Shown here piece after piece: positions 12,171 through 25,904 of a stretch of DNA of 64,000 bases (positions are counted from its first letter, which is position 1; every line of letters starts with the position of its first letter). This stretch comes from Lama guanicoe. Its lineage: Eukaryota. Position numbers and translations under genes: made by a program. Under the pieces are notes generated by a model. The model ran no database searches, was not told the DNA's origin, and saw only the letters and a program-made list of their open reading frames with translations. The stretch is from positions 62,001 through 126,000 of the forward strand of contig MU054132.1 in NCBI GenBank assembly GCA_013239625.1. The letters run 5' to 3'.

Positions 12171-14139
12171 GCCTCACAACTCTAACTAAAAACGTAGAGG
12201 AGGTGAATTCGATGGCTAAAACTTCTACCAAAATTACCTATGTATTTGATTAATTACCATTTCTTTTGATACTATGAGGTGCCAACCCAAAATCTTTAAA
12301 AATACAAGGCTTAAAATACCTGATTTTAGAATGTCATCCATCAGCTGCCTTGGGAAACTTCACTCCTGCAGGTGAACCTGTTATTCATAAACTCCAGTTC
12401 CAATCAGACACTGGAGCTGGCCCAGGACTCAGCCTCCCCACCACTCCCAGTACCTTCTGGTCACTACTTCTCTGATCTATCATTTTACAGTTGTCTGCAT
12501 TTATGGCGTATTTCCCCAGCGTGGTCATAAGCTCCATGCTGCCCCTCCAGATGCCCATGCAGTTGTTAGAACAGTGTTTTGCACCAAGGAGCCTTTCTCC
12601 ATTTTCAGATTTGATATCTGCTTAGAGTCTAACAGGTGAACATCCTGTGCAGTACACAGAGTTCACTGTGGTTTTCCTTCAAATCTGTCACAGAGATTTT
12701 GTCTCAAAATAAAGTTAGCCCGCCTTTGATAGGAACTTGGTGCATTCTACACTCAGGAAGGCCTCTGGTCCTACTCAGCCCAACTCAACTGGGATTTGGT
12801 GGCAGGCAGGATTAGGGGCTTTAGAAACAGGCTGCAGATTCAGCCCTGATCTTTCCATGGTCTGAGGCAGTACAAATGCTAAATAAATGGAAAATAAACT
12901 CCGTAGTAGAGGGTCAGTCCTAGGATGGAAACTCTCGGCTAGTTCCTGAAAGAAAAGTGGGCTAAAATGAGTCAGCTCTGGGGTCTCAGGCATGCCTAGG
13001 ACCCTGTGGTCAGGAGGGGCAAGAACAGAGGAAAGAGTCTAGGGCAGGAACATCTTTGAGGATTGGGCACATGAGACGTTCTGGCCTGGACTACCAGGCA
13101 CTGTCAGTTGTAAGAAGAAATATAAAGCTGAAAAAAACAAAAGACTGCTGGATATCCTTTTTCTGGAATGCTGAAGTCTTGAGGATTTTATCTGATCCTA
13201 TAGAAGTGTGCACCTTTGTCGCTGACTAAGCTATTTTACAACTCTGTGGAGACTGAAGTTAACTTGTAGAAAATTGACAGCAATGCAAATCATTCTTGTC
13301 TACAGACACCCAGGTCAATTCTGTCCAGTGGAGGGACTACCCTCCCTCGAACTCTGAAAAGCCAGTTTGTCCCATTTGCAAGTTCAGTTCATTATGACTG
13401 AATCTCTAAATGTGTCTGTCCTTTGGATTCCCCTTTGAACTGGTTGCTTCCATCATGTAAATTATGAGAAAAACAAAATCTTTAACATGCATTCCTTTCA
13501 TATCTGCAACAGAATCATGATTTCACCTTTTTAAAAAATTATGCTTTAACATGAGGTAGGTGCTCTGTGAACACTCAGGGTTTCAGAAGTTGGTCAGGGG
13601 CACTGTGAGGTGGGGAGAGACAGCCCAGACCTTCCCGCCATGTCCCTTCTAGTCTTGGGATTATGTTCACCTCCTTATGGACGGAGCTTCAATTACGTTC
13701 GGTCCTGTCTGGTTTTTGTTTCAGCCACCGGGCACTCAAGATCAGTTCTTTGCTTCGTGCACTCATAATTTCCCATTCTTAACTAAATGCGACATGCAAA
13801 TACTAAAAGAGAATGAGTCAGGAGGGTTACGAGAGGAGCAAAGCTGCCAAGACAGCAGGTAGAAGACAGGGAGCCAGCCAGAGATTTGTGATGCAGAGCT
13901 GGGACCACGCTTTTAAAGGAAATCACACATGTTGAAACACTCTACCAAGTGCTTCGTTGACTGAACCTTTCCTCTAATCAAAAGTTAGGAGCAGGACTAG
14001 GGTGTAGTTAAATGTCAGTAACTGGAGATAAAAGTAGACTCAATTCTCAGGTGTGCTGTGGGTGAGGGGTGGGGGGTTTGGGACACAGCTGAACCCTGCC
14101 AGTCACCAACCCTCTGCATTCTAGTGGATTTTGTCAAGA

Positions 14140-14655
14140 TAATCTGGGTACCATATGATCCAGGCATTCCACTCCTAGGTATTCCAAGAGAAAAGAAAGC
14201 ATATGTCCATACAAAGACTTGGACATATGTTCATGTTAGTTTTATAGCCCCAAACTGGAAACAACCCAAATGTACACTCACAGATGAGTGAATGAGCAAA
14301 CTGTAGTTTATCCATACAATGGAATACTGCTCAGCAATGCAAAGAAATGAACTACTGATACACTCTACAACATGAATGAATCTCAACATCATTAGGCTGA
14401 ATGAAAGTGTCCAGACCAAGAAGGATGATCCCATAAATGATTCTGCTTATATGAAACTCTAATAAATTTAAAAATCTATAGTGACAGAAAGTAGTGATAG
14501 CCTGGGGCAGGGTGGCTGGGAGGTGAGGGAAAAGGATTACAAATGATGAGAAGGAAGCTTTTAAGGTGATGAATATGATCATTATATTGACTGTGGTGAT
14601 GGTTTTACAGGCGTATAAGTATGGGGAACTTTTCAAATTGTACACTTTAAAAAAA
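14140..14655 (+). mobile_element. Old L1M 3' end
   Basis: gcattccactcctaggt...ggaaacaacccaaatgt...atggaatactgctcagcaat... Confidence 0.8.
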
Positions 14656-15779
14656 ATACTGGGGTCTTTATTGGCAATTCTTTTTTAAATCTCATCCTTT
14701 AGATTTTTTGAGTAGGTTATATAATATGTTGTTACATGATATAACATGTATGATACTGTTACAGTTTAGTATAATAGTTCATATACAGAATTATGAATAA
14801 ATTCACATATTGGGGGATACTTGGACAACCTTGGGCAGTTGCTTAAATGCTTTAAAAGTCTCAGTTTTTTCATATATAAATAACCCTGAGAGTTCCTTGT
14901 CCATAGTCACACAGTAAGTGGTACATAGACCCAGGATTTAAATCCACATCTGTCTTCACCTATTAGCTCATTTAATTTCACAGCCCTACAAGTAGGACAT
15001 TATCTTCATTTCACACTTATGGAAACTTCTGGGAAGAGCAGTGACTTGCCCAAGGTACCACAGGAGGTGAAAGGCAAAAAGGCATTCAAACCCAGGAATG
15101 CCTGACTTCCTCTGTTACTCTGGCTGCTTCTCCGTTGGGCCTGCAAATCACTTGACTGTATTAGTATTAAATTTTTCTTCTTAAGTGGCTTTATGTACAA
15201 ATGCCACTTCACATGAAAGTTCAGAGTTATGGATCTGGAATAGTCATGATATGGTACGGGAGCACTACAATGCATTCTCACACTTCACTTGAAGAATGAA
15301 AAAGAAACCCTGCTTAGAGAAAACCTGTTTTTTATTTTTTTAAGTTTTTTTTGTAAGGCTACTTAATATGCCCTCAAGTCTGCGTACAGACTTTAGCTGT
15401 TTTCCATATTACTTTTCCCTTTTATATACAAACAATACTAGTGTGATCAGTCCTATTTTCTAGTATTTTACAGGAGTAATTGGTGAGAATGACTTTTAGG
15501 ATCATGTTATGAAGCCCTGCCTGTCAGAAAATGATTGAGCTTGCCTGTTCTGTGTCCTGTATTTGGTTTCCCTCCTGGCTTGTGTATTCACCCAGGAAAG
15601 TTGCTCCTCCTCTATTTCCTACTGGCAGCAGCACTGGGCCAAGTGCTGTGCTCATGGTAGAATTCAGTCATATAAATTGCACACTTTACTTTAAATATGT
15701 GTAGTTTCTTGTATGTCAATTACTCCTCAATAAAGCATTTGTAAAAACAAATTTTATGTTCTCATTTAATCACCTGCTG

Positions 15780-17570
15780 GTATATTCCCTCAGCGCTCTT
15801 GCCCCTCTTGCTTTCTGATACTCACGGGCGCAAACTTCCATTTAGTTTACATCCACTTCTCCCCCTGCTCTGCCCCTGCACCCGCACGGTAAATAAGCGT
15901 GGAGGAAAAGTCACAGCCTTGCAGACTGGCCTCCTGTGAATTGATGACAACGAACCCAGCGTCCTCACTCTTGCTCATCAGTTTTATCACACTTCCCTAG
16001 TGCACTCCTTTGCTGGAGGCCCTAGATGACTGTTGGACATTTTTTCCCTTTCAAGCCAAACTCCATCACCACCTACCCCATCCTCAGCCTCAGCTCATGA
16101 CCTGGCTTCCTAGCTCGGGGATAAAAGAAGTGAGAGAAAAATAGAACCTCACAGCCTGCCAGCACCACATCCATGCCACCTACTCGCATCCATTTGTGCG
16201 GACGCTGCCTTCCCCTCGGTTCCATGGGAGAACTCGCGATACCCTAGCCATGGGCGAGGTCCTAGCTATGGGCAGCCCCTCCCCATGCTCGCCAAGCCCG
16301 GCCTCTCCCTGACTCAGAGACTTGATCTGATGATGGTTCCTCTGTCAATGTTTCCCTCTCATGGATCACTCATGTCAGTGGACAAGCACACATTGCTTCT
16401 CACATCGTAAAGGGAACCCCACTCCAGCTTCATGTCTTCCATCAGCCTCGTTCCTCTGCTCCACTTTACAGCAAAACTCCACCAGAGTGTCCTTGTTTGT
16501 ACCTGTGCTTCTCCTCCTCTTGCCCATTCTCTGATAAACCCACTTCCATCACCCTCACCAAGCTTTTGAAACTCTTCTCATCAAGGTCATCAAGGTCCTC
16601 CACTTCACTAAGTCCCATGGTCAAACCCAGTCCTCATCTCGTCTGACCCATCTGCAACATTCGGTGCAGCCCATCACATCCTCTTTGAAACCTGTTTGTC
16701 ACTTGGCTTCCAGGACACCTCCCTCTGCTGATTACCCTCCTGTCTCTCTAGTCGCTGTGCCACCACCTCCTCATGCTCCCAATCTTCAAGGTTAGAAGTG
16801 CCCCAACACCCCGTCCTTGGGCCTCTCCTGAGCCCTATCCACACTCATTCTTTTCATGCCTTCTGGTCTTGTGGGTTTAAATACGTCTATACACTGAGAA
16901 TGCCCAGTTATAGATCTCCAGCCAAGACTTCTTCATTGAATTCTCCTAACATCTCCACCTGAATGTCTCAAAGCCATCCTCAAGTTAACATGTTCCCACC
17001 CAAACTCCTGATCTCCACCTGCAAAACTTTCTTCTTCATCTCAGTAAAAGTCTTCCAGTTATTCTGCCCAAAAACCTCAGGGTCATCTTTGACTCTGCTT
17101 TCTTTCATCTCTCACATCAAATCCATCAACAAATATAGTCAGTTTTACCAGAATCTGGCCTCTCCTCTCCATCTTCACTGTTCCCATCCTGATCCAAGTC
17201 ACCAGCATCTTCTTGCAGGCACCACTCTTGCCTTCCTACAGCCTAACCTCACCCAGCCTTTTGAGTGAGCTCATAGCAGTGTCAGTCACACCATGCCACA
17301 ACTCTTCCCATACCTCTCATGGGTCTCTCATTTCACTCAGTAAAAGCAATGCCTCCCCATGCCTGTCTGACCTCGCCTACTACGCACCTCACTTACTTTT
17401 TCTGGCTCAGTCACTCCAGCCTCCTGGCTCCTCCCTGAACCACCCAGGCAAATCCCTGCCTCAGAGAATTTGCACGTGCTATCATAGCTACCTGAAGTGC
17501 TCAATCCTCGATTTCTGCAGGACTGTTTCCCTAGGACTGTATGCAAATGTTTCTCTCTTAACCAGACTTT
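15780..17570 (+). mobile_element. L2 LINE remnant
   Basis: C/T-rich with typical L2 motifs (ttggcttccaggacacc, ctccacctgaatgtct, caagttaacatgttc). Confidence 0.7.
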
Positions 17571-20500
17571 TGCTCTTCAGAAACAACTTGGGATATCACT
17601 GGAGTTTCCTGCTTGCCACTAAGCTAGGGGAAACAGGAGCATTTGAAAAAACTATCTTGCTGATGGCGTTGGCTGGCACGGCTCCCACCCTACCCAGGTC
17701 CTAGTCACGGGGAGCTGAGCTGCGGGAAAGCACTGGGTAATCAACTAGCTGGGGCTTCAGGATCTACATATGAAGTCTGTAAACAAGGTAATAAGGGTGA
17801 TACATTTTTGAATATCAGCATGTGGAGAGATATGAATTTAATACCAGAAGAATGTGCTGGAAGAGTTAGAAGTGCTGGGAAATACTGGCAGGGGCTTGGG
17901 ATGGTTTGCTTTCCATTATTAGCTCTTCTGTGTCATTTAAATATTTTAATATCGTATGATAATAAATAAATATCTACCTGTAGCTCTAGCTCTGTCTGAA
18001 GCAGTCAGGGATACAGGGCGGACCTGAGAGCCTAGACATGCTGATTGAACTAATAGAAGAAATCCTCCCAGAACTTTAACAACCAGCAGCACAGCCACAG
18101 CAAGTTCTTGTGTTCACTGAGCACGTCCCAGATTGACGTCTCTAACTTTTCTTTCCTCATTTCTTAGACTGAACCTGAAGGCAGAGCCTGGCAATGTAAT
18201 AAAATGATACCCATTAAGCACTACATAACACGGCTTTCCTATGTCACAAATCACAAATCGATGTAACTATTTCACATATCTCGGCACAGCCAACATAAAA
18301 TGGAGAAAAAAAGGAAATTGGATACCATGCATAAAATATATTTAAATACCAAATCTTTTTCAGATTTCTTTTTAAAATGTTTTGTCTTAATCCCTGTGAA
18401 ACCTAATGATAGGGAAGGTTACAGTGAGAATATCAACTGTTTTTACAGTTCCATTCTCTTCCTTGAGAGTGGTTAACATAAATAAAATGGCATTGTGTTT
18501 CTATTTTATCACCCGTATAATTGAATAATCTTCCACCTGAGTTTTAGCAGAACTTCAAACACACGATAAACATACAAAACAATGCCCTTAGAGTTCTATT
18601 AATGAATTCAGTAAATGTGTAAATAAAATACTCTTTCCATAAGAATTGAGCCCACAATCTTAGCCTAGATGGCAAAAAGCCTCATTGGATGAAAAGTTCC
18701 TCACTTAGAGCCCAACAAAAGCACGCCTCTCCCTGTAAATGAATGAGTTTCCTTCAGGTAGAGCAATGTTCTGTATTTTATCTCTACTTACAAGTTTTAA
18801 GTGTTGGTATATAGCTCATGGAACAAATACAGAATTACAAAACTGAAATACCATGAAGTGAGGTAACAGAGCAAGTTAGAGGGATTTGCCTGGTTTAGTA
18901 CATTTAAATTAACCAGATCATTGCCTTTTCTTAAAGCTTTCATCAATTTTTCAATATATTAACTTTCCCACAGGAAATAGATTTTGAGGAACTAAAGGTT
19001 AACCTTCCAACAGTCATAACAATCACAGTATGAATCATATTGTGGAATTTCAAAAATACCTGCAAAAAAAGGGGTGAATTCATTGCATTCACTTTTGCAG
19101 GTCCTGGGAAACTAGTAAGTTTCTTCCCAGACCCCACATTCCTCTCCCCTCCTCCCACTTCCTCCTCACTGCCCAGCCAGCTTGGGGGCTGTTTTTCTTA
19201 TCTTGAGCTAGAAAAGCCTAACAAGTTCCCAAGAAGTTTTCTGCCTCAGGCTAAGGTAAGACACAGCACAAGCCCCGTGGCACCAAGGCTGAAGTGGGTC
19301 CCAGCCTGCGTCCATGAGGCACGTGAATCTGGACACAAGCGGTTTGGCACCACAGGCGAAGACAGAGGTCAAGAGGCAATGCCACGGCAGAGAGGCTTAC
19401 ACAACGTGGTTCTCGGCCCCTGGCTCCTGCAGGTACCTCCTGTTCCAGGAACTCTCAGGGGGTTACCTCGGCTACAGACACCTCCATAAACCTCCCAGGG
19501 CTTGGGTCTCCGCTCAGCAAGTTGTCCCACCCTAGAGTAAGCCGGGATGCTAGCAGTGGGAGGACGCTGGGGCAGGGCTGAGAGACACCTTGGCTCTGGG
19601 CCCTGAGACCTGTGTATTTCCTGCTAGAGCAGATCCTTCCGACCCACCGTTTTGCGGGTCGCCAGTTCCAATTCTTAAATTCAAGGTTCACATCATATTG
19701 GATAACCTCAGATTAGTGGTAAGTGAAAACACATTCCAACTATCTGTGATTTCAGCATTACATAGAGGGAAAGGCCTGGCCAAATCCTTCATATACCAGT
19801 TGTGTCAACTTGGACAAGTTACTTAGGTCCCAACTTTGTCTTCAGACTGGGGATACTGGTAACCACCTGAAACACCTATGATGCTTACAGGAGCAGCTGA
19901 ATTACCAAGCAGGAACAGAACTGGTATTTGCTTAGTCAAAATATTTCATAGAAGTAGAGAACCAAGAATAAAGAGACATTCACACCCTACACATTTTGTT
20001 TTTAACTTAAAACATAGACATATGTCACCATTTGTCAACTTAATGTAGGGTCATGGACTGCCTTCAAGAGTGGACCTGCCAATCAGATCCCATTCCACCT
20101 TTCTTCTATAAACCACACCTATAGTACCGCACCCAAGAATTCCAGTTTTGGTTTCTTCAAAGAGAATAAAAATTACAGACGTGCAAAGCCACCGGATTAT
20201 GCAAACTTACTAGCTCACTGTACTTTTATCCGTCTTGTGCAGTGTTAATTCAATCATGTGGTTCATGTCTATTACAAAGGTAGTTTTTCCAAAGCACTCT
20301 ACTTAGTTTTCACATACACAATAACTCTTTTTGACTCGTGCTTCATGAGTTTGCATGACAGGAATCAAATCACATCATTTCAACCCAAGTCAAGATGGCA
20401 TCAGCATAATGAATCTTGGCTAGCATTCAGCTCAACAGGTAAGGGTTGAGGGCATGACAGAGAACAGCCATCACATGGCTGACATGGGCGGAGAGCATCA

Positions 20501-20800
20501 GACAGCCTGCTGAGGGCAGAATTCACTGCACAGGAGTTCATCATGTCACTGCTATCTTTTCCGAGCCCAGCACAGCGGTGTCTGGAATGTGGGTGGCTCT
20601 TTAGAGCCATAAGTATTATCATTATAGGAATTGAATGTTCATTGTGGGCAACAATGTAAAGATTCTGAAGTCTAGGTAGTTAATTATCAGTGACAGGGAG
20701 AAATCTCAGAGGAAAGGCACCCCCCTCCACAACACAGCTGCAGCCCACCCGAGCCCCTACTCGCTAAAGAAGCTATAGGACAAGTACAGAAAACACATAC

Positions 20801-20925
20801 TTCTCCAACGCGCTCTTCTCGAGCCTTTCTGCCTCCTTCTTCTGCCAAGCTTTGTGCTTCTTGACACGAGTTTCCCACAAGGCTCTGACGACAGAGATGT
20901 CGAATACGACCACTTTATGTCCCAT
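20801..20925 (-). CDS. LRRC2: LRRC2 first coding exon (exon starts 20944; 125 coding nt)
   Basis: Acceptor tttttaaatag at 20946-20945; CCAAGATGG start context; [41 protein letters not shown](K); donor AA|gtatgt. Confidence 0.96.
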
Positions 20926-21326
20926 CTTGGGAGCATGAAATTACCTATTTAAAAAATATACATATGTCAGCTTCATGCACACACAGAAGAAAATAGTTTG
21001 AACTTGAAGTTTAAAATAAACTATGAAGGAATCAAGTTCACTGATAATGATGAAATGCCTTGTTACTGCCAGGATGATAGTTGCTAATACTCTTAAGGTC
21101 TGAGGGTGCTCTTGTCTGTAAGTCAGAGTTCAACACTCATCTGGGGTCATCTCCTTCAGAATGTCACACTTGTCTCTCTACCCTGAAGCTGAAACGTGGG
21201 TTCCCAAAGCCCCCCGGGCATTCTTCAGGCTTCATGTTTCCATATTCTATTCGATTGACTGGTGTGTGATCTTCCCCAGTAGGATGTAACATACTCAAGG
21301 GTAAGTTTGATGAGTTAATCAGAATT

Positions 21327-21328
<2 letters not shown>

Positions 21329-21366
<38 letters not shown>
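21329..21366. repeat. (CA)19 microsatellite
   Basis: Perfect CA run about 400 bp into LRRC2 intron 1. Confidence 0.97.
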
Positions 21367-21368
<2 letters not shown>

Positions 21369-22274
21369 GGTTATCTGAGGCTAACCACCAGCCACCCTTA
21401 GGTAACAAAACCAAGCCCTGCCGAGCACTTTCCCACCTAGGGCTGACCACACATCCTGGGCATTTGTCCTATGAGGTTTGCCCTGCGACATGAACCCTTA
21501 CAAGCTGCTGCTCGCTGCTTATGTGGTTTATGCGGTTTTCTAAGCACGAGGGAAGTCAGACTCAGGTACACCTTGGTCATCACCTCTTAGTGAGACCTCG
21601 CACAGTCCAGCACATAGTAGGCCCTCCATAAATATTCATTGAAAGAAGAAGTGAGTAAATGAATGAATGAAATAAAGACTTGCACCCAGATTGCTTGACT
21701 CTCAGCCCACTCAGTGAGCTTTCTCTCTTATTTTCCCACCTTATCTTTACTGTTTAAGTGTTTTGTTTTCCTCGCTGCAAAAAAAATTAGGACACAAAAA
21801 TGCATTTCAATGTTCATTCCGCTAAGCTATGTTTATCTCTGTTATTTAAGTAAAATATGTTTCTAGATATTGTTTTAAACTTCTCCTACCTACAGCATCG
21901 AAATCTGGCTAAATTCATTTCCTGATTTGCATAAATACACAGAATGTCAGTTGGCAAATTAGTAGGACTGCTGAATATTCTCTGTTCCAATTCCGGACAC
22001 TTCTACGTAGCAATCAGCGGGGACACAAAACCAAATGTTTAATCTTCTGACTCAGGTTTGTGTTCTCCATAAATGACTTGCCGTTATGAGTGGAAGAACT
22101 GGTTCATGTGTGTGCAGCTGAATATTTGAGGCCCATAATTTTAGTCTGAGGAGCCAAAGATGCTGACCCCAGTTGATTCCCCTCTTTCCTTTAATGTCTG
22201 ACATCTGGGACTGTCTTTCATCTCTCCTAAAACTCTTTTACCTAAACCTAAAGGGGATTTTTGAAAAAGATACA

Positions 22275-23460
22275 AATGGTGCACCTTTTTGTGTGGACAT
22301 ATGTTTCCAATTCTCTTGGGTAAATATATAGGACTAAAATTGGAGGGTCATATGATAACTCCATGTTTAACCTTTTCAGGAACTGCCCGACCGTTTTCCA
22401 AAGCAGCTGCACCATTTTATATTCCCACCTGCAGCCTAAGGATTTGGGTTTCTCCACATCCTCTTCCACACTTGTTGCCATCTTTGTATTATAGCCATTC
22501 CAGTGGGGGTAAAGGGTATCTCATTGTCTTGATTTGCATGTCCCTGATAGCTAATGATGTTGAGCATCTTTTATGTGCTTATTGGCTACTCGTATACCTT
22601 CTTGGGAGAAATGTCTATTCAGATCCTTTGCCCATTTTTAAATTGGGCTATTTGTCTTTTTACTGTTAAGTTGTAATAGTTCTTTATATATTCTAGATAC
22701 AGGTCCTTGACCAGACATATGACTTGCAAAAATATCCCATTTTGTGAGCTGTCTTTTCACTTTGATTCCATCCTTTTACTTTTAACCTAAATATGTGGTT
22801 ATAGTCACTGTGAGATTTTATAGGCAGAACCTTGTTAATTCATTAATTCTACATATTCTGATGATTTCTGTCTTTTCATTGGTATGTTTAGGCAAGTTAC
22901 ATGTAGTACAGTTAAGGATATGTTTAGACTCAGGTCTACCATTTTATTGTTTTCTGTTTGATCCCTCTTTTGGTTTTTTTATTTTTCTTTTACACTTTCC
23001 TGCCTTCTTTTGTGTTATGTGAGCATTTTTACTATTCCATTTTATTTTCTCTATTGTGGTTTTGACTGTTTCTTTGTGTGGTCTTTTCTTCTTCATGGTT
23101 GCCCTAGTGAGTATAAGATGCAGGCTTAACATCTCAGTCTACTTAGAAACAGTATTTTACCTCTTTGGGTGAGATGCAGAAAACTTACTGTCGGAGAGGT
23201 CCCCTATGCTCTCATCTTTACATTGTAGTCGTCCTATGATGATACCAATGTTATCTTTTTTGGTTTCGGATCATCAAACTTATTTCAAAGAACTCATGAG
23301 AAGGAAGTGAGCCCATCATATCTACCCTGATATTTATCATGTCTGTTGTTCTGCCTTCATTCCTATTGTTTAAGGTCCCCTCAGGTATCATTTGCTTTCT
23401 GTCTAAATAATTCTTATAAAGGAGGCCTGCTGACAAATTCTCCATTTTCCTTTTGAAGGA
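22275..23460 (-). mobile_element. Old L1M fragments, minus strand
   Basis: aaagcagctgcaccattttatattcccac...gatttgcatgtccctgatagctaatgatgttgagcatcttt... Confidence 0.8.
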
Positions 23461-25904
23461 AGGCAGGAGGCCTTCAGAACACACAGGCTACACAAAGGCT
23501 CTGTTTTCTGAGTCAAGAGAGCTGCAGAAAGGGTTATTGCCAGCTAAGGCTGCTAGGTTGCAAAGGGACTACATTCTGTGCCCGTGGCTGGGGCAGGCTG
23601 CTAGATGTCCCAGACTCCTGATCCACTGCCCACACTGCGAAAGGCAGGACACCTCTTCCTACTACACTGTCCCTCCAGCATCCTCTACTGAGAAAGTTTA
23701 ACATGGTATTTACTTTAAAGGACAAAGACTTAAAGGAATTCCATTGTATGTCACAGAGCACACACACCAAAGAGTGCATTCCCAGCAGAGAGGTAATAGG
23801 TTGATAACGGACACAGTAAATGATCCGTTTGGTTGGATTCAGACTTCATATCCCCACCTGCCAGCTGAGGGGTGCGATTCCCACATCAGATCAGCCTCCT
23901 GACTTGGCAGCGCAGTTCAGCTGTTCCACGGGCGCCACCCAGTGGCCATCTGCGAAAGGGGTGATGGTTCGGTTCTCAGACTTCGGCGTGCTGGTTAGTT
24001 AGGGTCAGAGCCACACAGGGCAGCTTGCAGCTTGGTGATGAGCCCACGAGCTCATACACAACCTTTTGGGGCTGTTCTCCCAAGACCTTCCCTCTCCGTG
24101 GTCTCCATGGTCCTTCTAGATTCCTGGGGCTCCCTTTTCAGTCCTCTGCCCGGAAACCTGGGGCTATAGCTACCTGGCTTTGCTGTACATGTCCTACAAC
24201 TGCACCATGTCAGGGCCAAGCAGCAGGAGGACTGTGAGGAAAAAAGCAATGAGTTTCCTCCCCCTCTGGGGACCACAGCTCCTCTGTTCAGAAAGGGAGG
24301 ATCCCCTCCCCAAAGTCTGGATGACTGAGGTCCTCCACTACAAACCTTCTCGCCACCACCTCTCACTGCTACTGCCCCACAGTCTTCTGGGGGCTCAGGC
24401 ATGAGACGGTGGAGAAAAGAAAAAGAAAAAAGAAAAACAAGGATTTACCCCCACTCTCTGAGCATCAGGAGTAGACTTTCTTACTCCTGAAGCAAAATGA
24501 GATGCTTTGTGCTCAGTTCTGGGTTTCAGGCTGCCTTGAGTCCAGGGTGGGGATTACCAGGGGGGAAAATAGGGAAACAGACCACAGGTTCTGTGCTGCT
24601 TTGGATTCTGGTGTCCTGCCCCTCTTCTTGTGCAGCTGTTTACTTTTCAGGGTCTTCATCCTGCTGGTCTGTGTAACCTGCCCAGGTTTTACAGCTGCAT
24701 TTAGTGGGAGAGACGGGGTGAAATGTGCCTACTCCGTCCTACCCCAAACCAGAAATCTCTGCATTTAAGCTTTCTTTTACCACTCTTCTTGCTCTGTTAT
24801 CTTCAGCTCAGGACACCTGAGCTGTAAAGGTCTTAAGGCTTTGACTTTTGACATAAACGCCTCCCTAAAGGACTGTCAAGCATCAGCCTGAAAACAAATG
24901 ATTAAAGACTATAACCAGTGATGGAGAAAAGTTTTAAAAAGAGAAAGAATTAGGCAGCCTAGTTTCTTTAAGGAACTCTCTGCACATAATCCAAGTGTAC
25001 ACATAAAAGCAAACCAGAAAGCCACAGTAAACTGAGCTACTTGATTGCATTGTGGACAGTCATCCAAGCGGAATTCAAGCTGGAAGCTTCGCTCGCTGTC
25101 CACGGCGTGTGTGTTCTAGATCAACCAGTGCTGGCTCCAACTCTCTTGTTGAGTTTCTTTTATTTTCTTAGGCCAATAAAATCCTTGAGAAGTAATCAGC
25201 TCTGTTAATCTGTACGTTAATTGCTATGCACTAATTTGGAGAAGTGTAACTCAGTTTCCCGTCTTAGAGGAATGGTCTCTTCTTGATGCCTTGGTATTCT
25301 GTTTTTTAATAGCTGTAAACCAACATTAGTCTCAGTACTTTGGTGGTCTATCTTGTCATCCAACCACGTTCACTATGTTCCCTGGGTTTTGCCAAAGAGA
25401 GAAAGAGATTCTATTCTTCAGCTAAGGCGGGGGGAGCAGGTTGAATGTGCCAGGATTTAAATCACAGTTTTGCCTAGCAAGTGTTCTGTTTGCAAACGTG
25501 TGTGATGAAAACTAGAGACTCTAAGAATGGTAAGCGGTGACCATGTTTGCTGGGATCTACATGTAACATCCAGAGGCCCTGGGAAGCTAAGGAATACCGG
25601 CTCCTAAATCCCAGGTCCAGCACTGCTGCCAGCATCCTGTGCAGAATAGGGCTGAGCCCAGGCCTCCCTAGACAACTGGACAGGTTCACCCTTAACCCAG
25701 GAGGCGGTAGCCCCATGGGTGGGAACTTAGATTGGGAAAGCGGTTTTATTGTAAGAGTCCATGAATCATTCCACCCAGGGGAAAAAGTCTCTCTTTGGGG
25801 AGCAGAGAGGAGGCAGATTCAGGGTCAGATGCAGGTGTCACTCACTTAGCAGCTTGGAGGAATGAAAGTCTGCAAATTTACAAAGCTAATCTCTTTTTTG
25901 TAGC

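Larger units (their letters stand above)
1381..20944 (-). other. LRRC2: LRRC2 (leucine-rich repeat-containing protein 2), exons 2-6; 3' exons lie left of the window
   Basis: Five GT-AG exons splice into one frame, [49 protein letters not shown]...[15 protein letters not shown]...[17 protein letters not shown], recognisable as LRRC2; divergent neighbour of TDGF1 as in human. Confidence 0.97.

Noticed and set aside
11598..12189. Three overlapping 130-aa plus-strand ORFs
   Set aside because: GC-rich antisense shadows of LRRC2 exon 3 and its CpG-rich flanks
16963..17704. 101-aa and 163-aa ORFs
   Set aside because: Lie within a pyrimidine-rich L2 remnant
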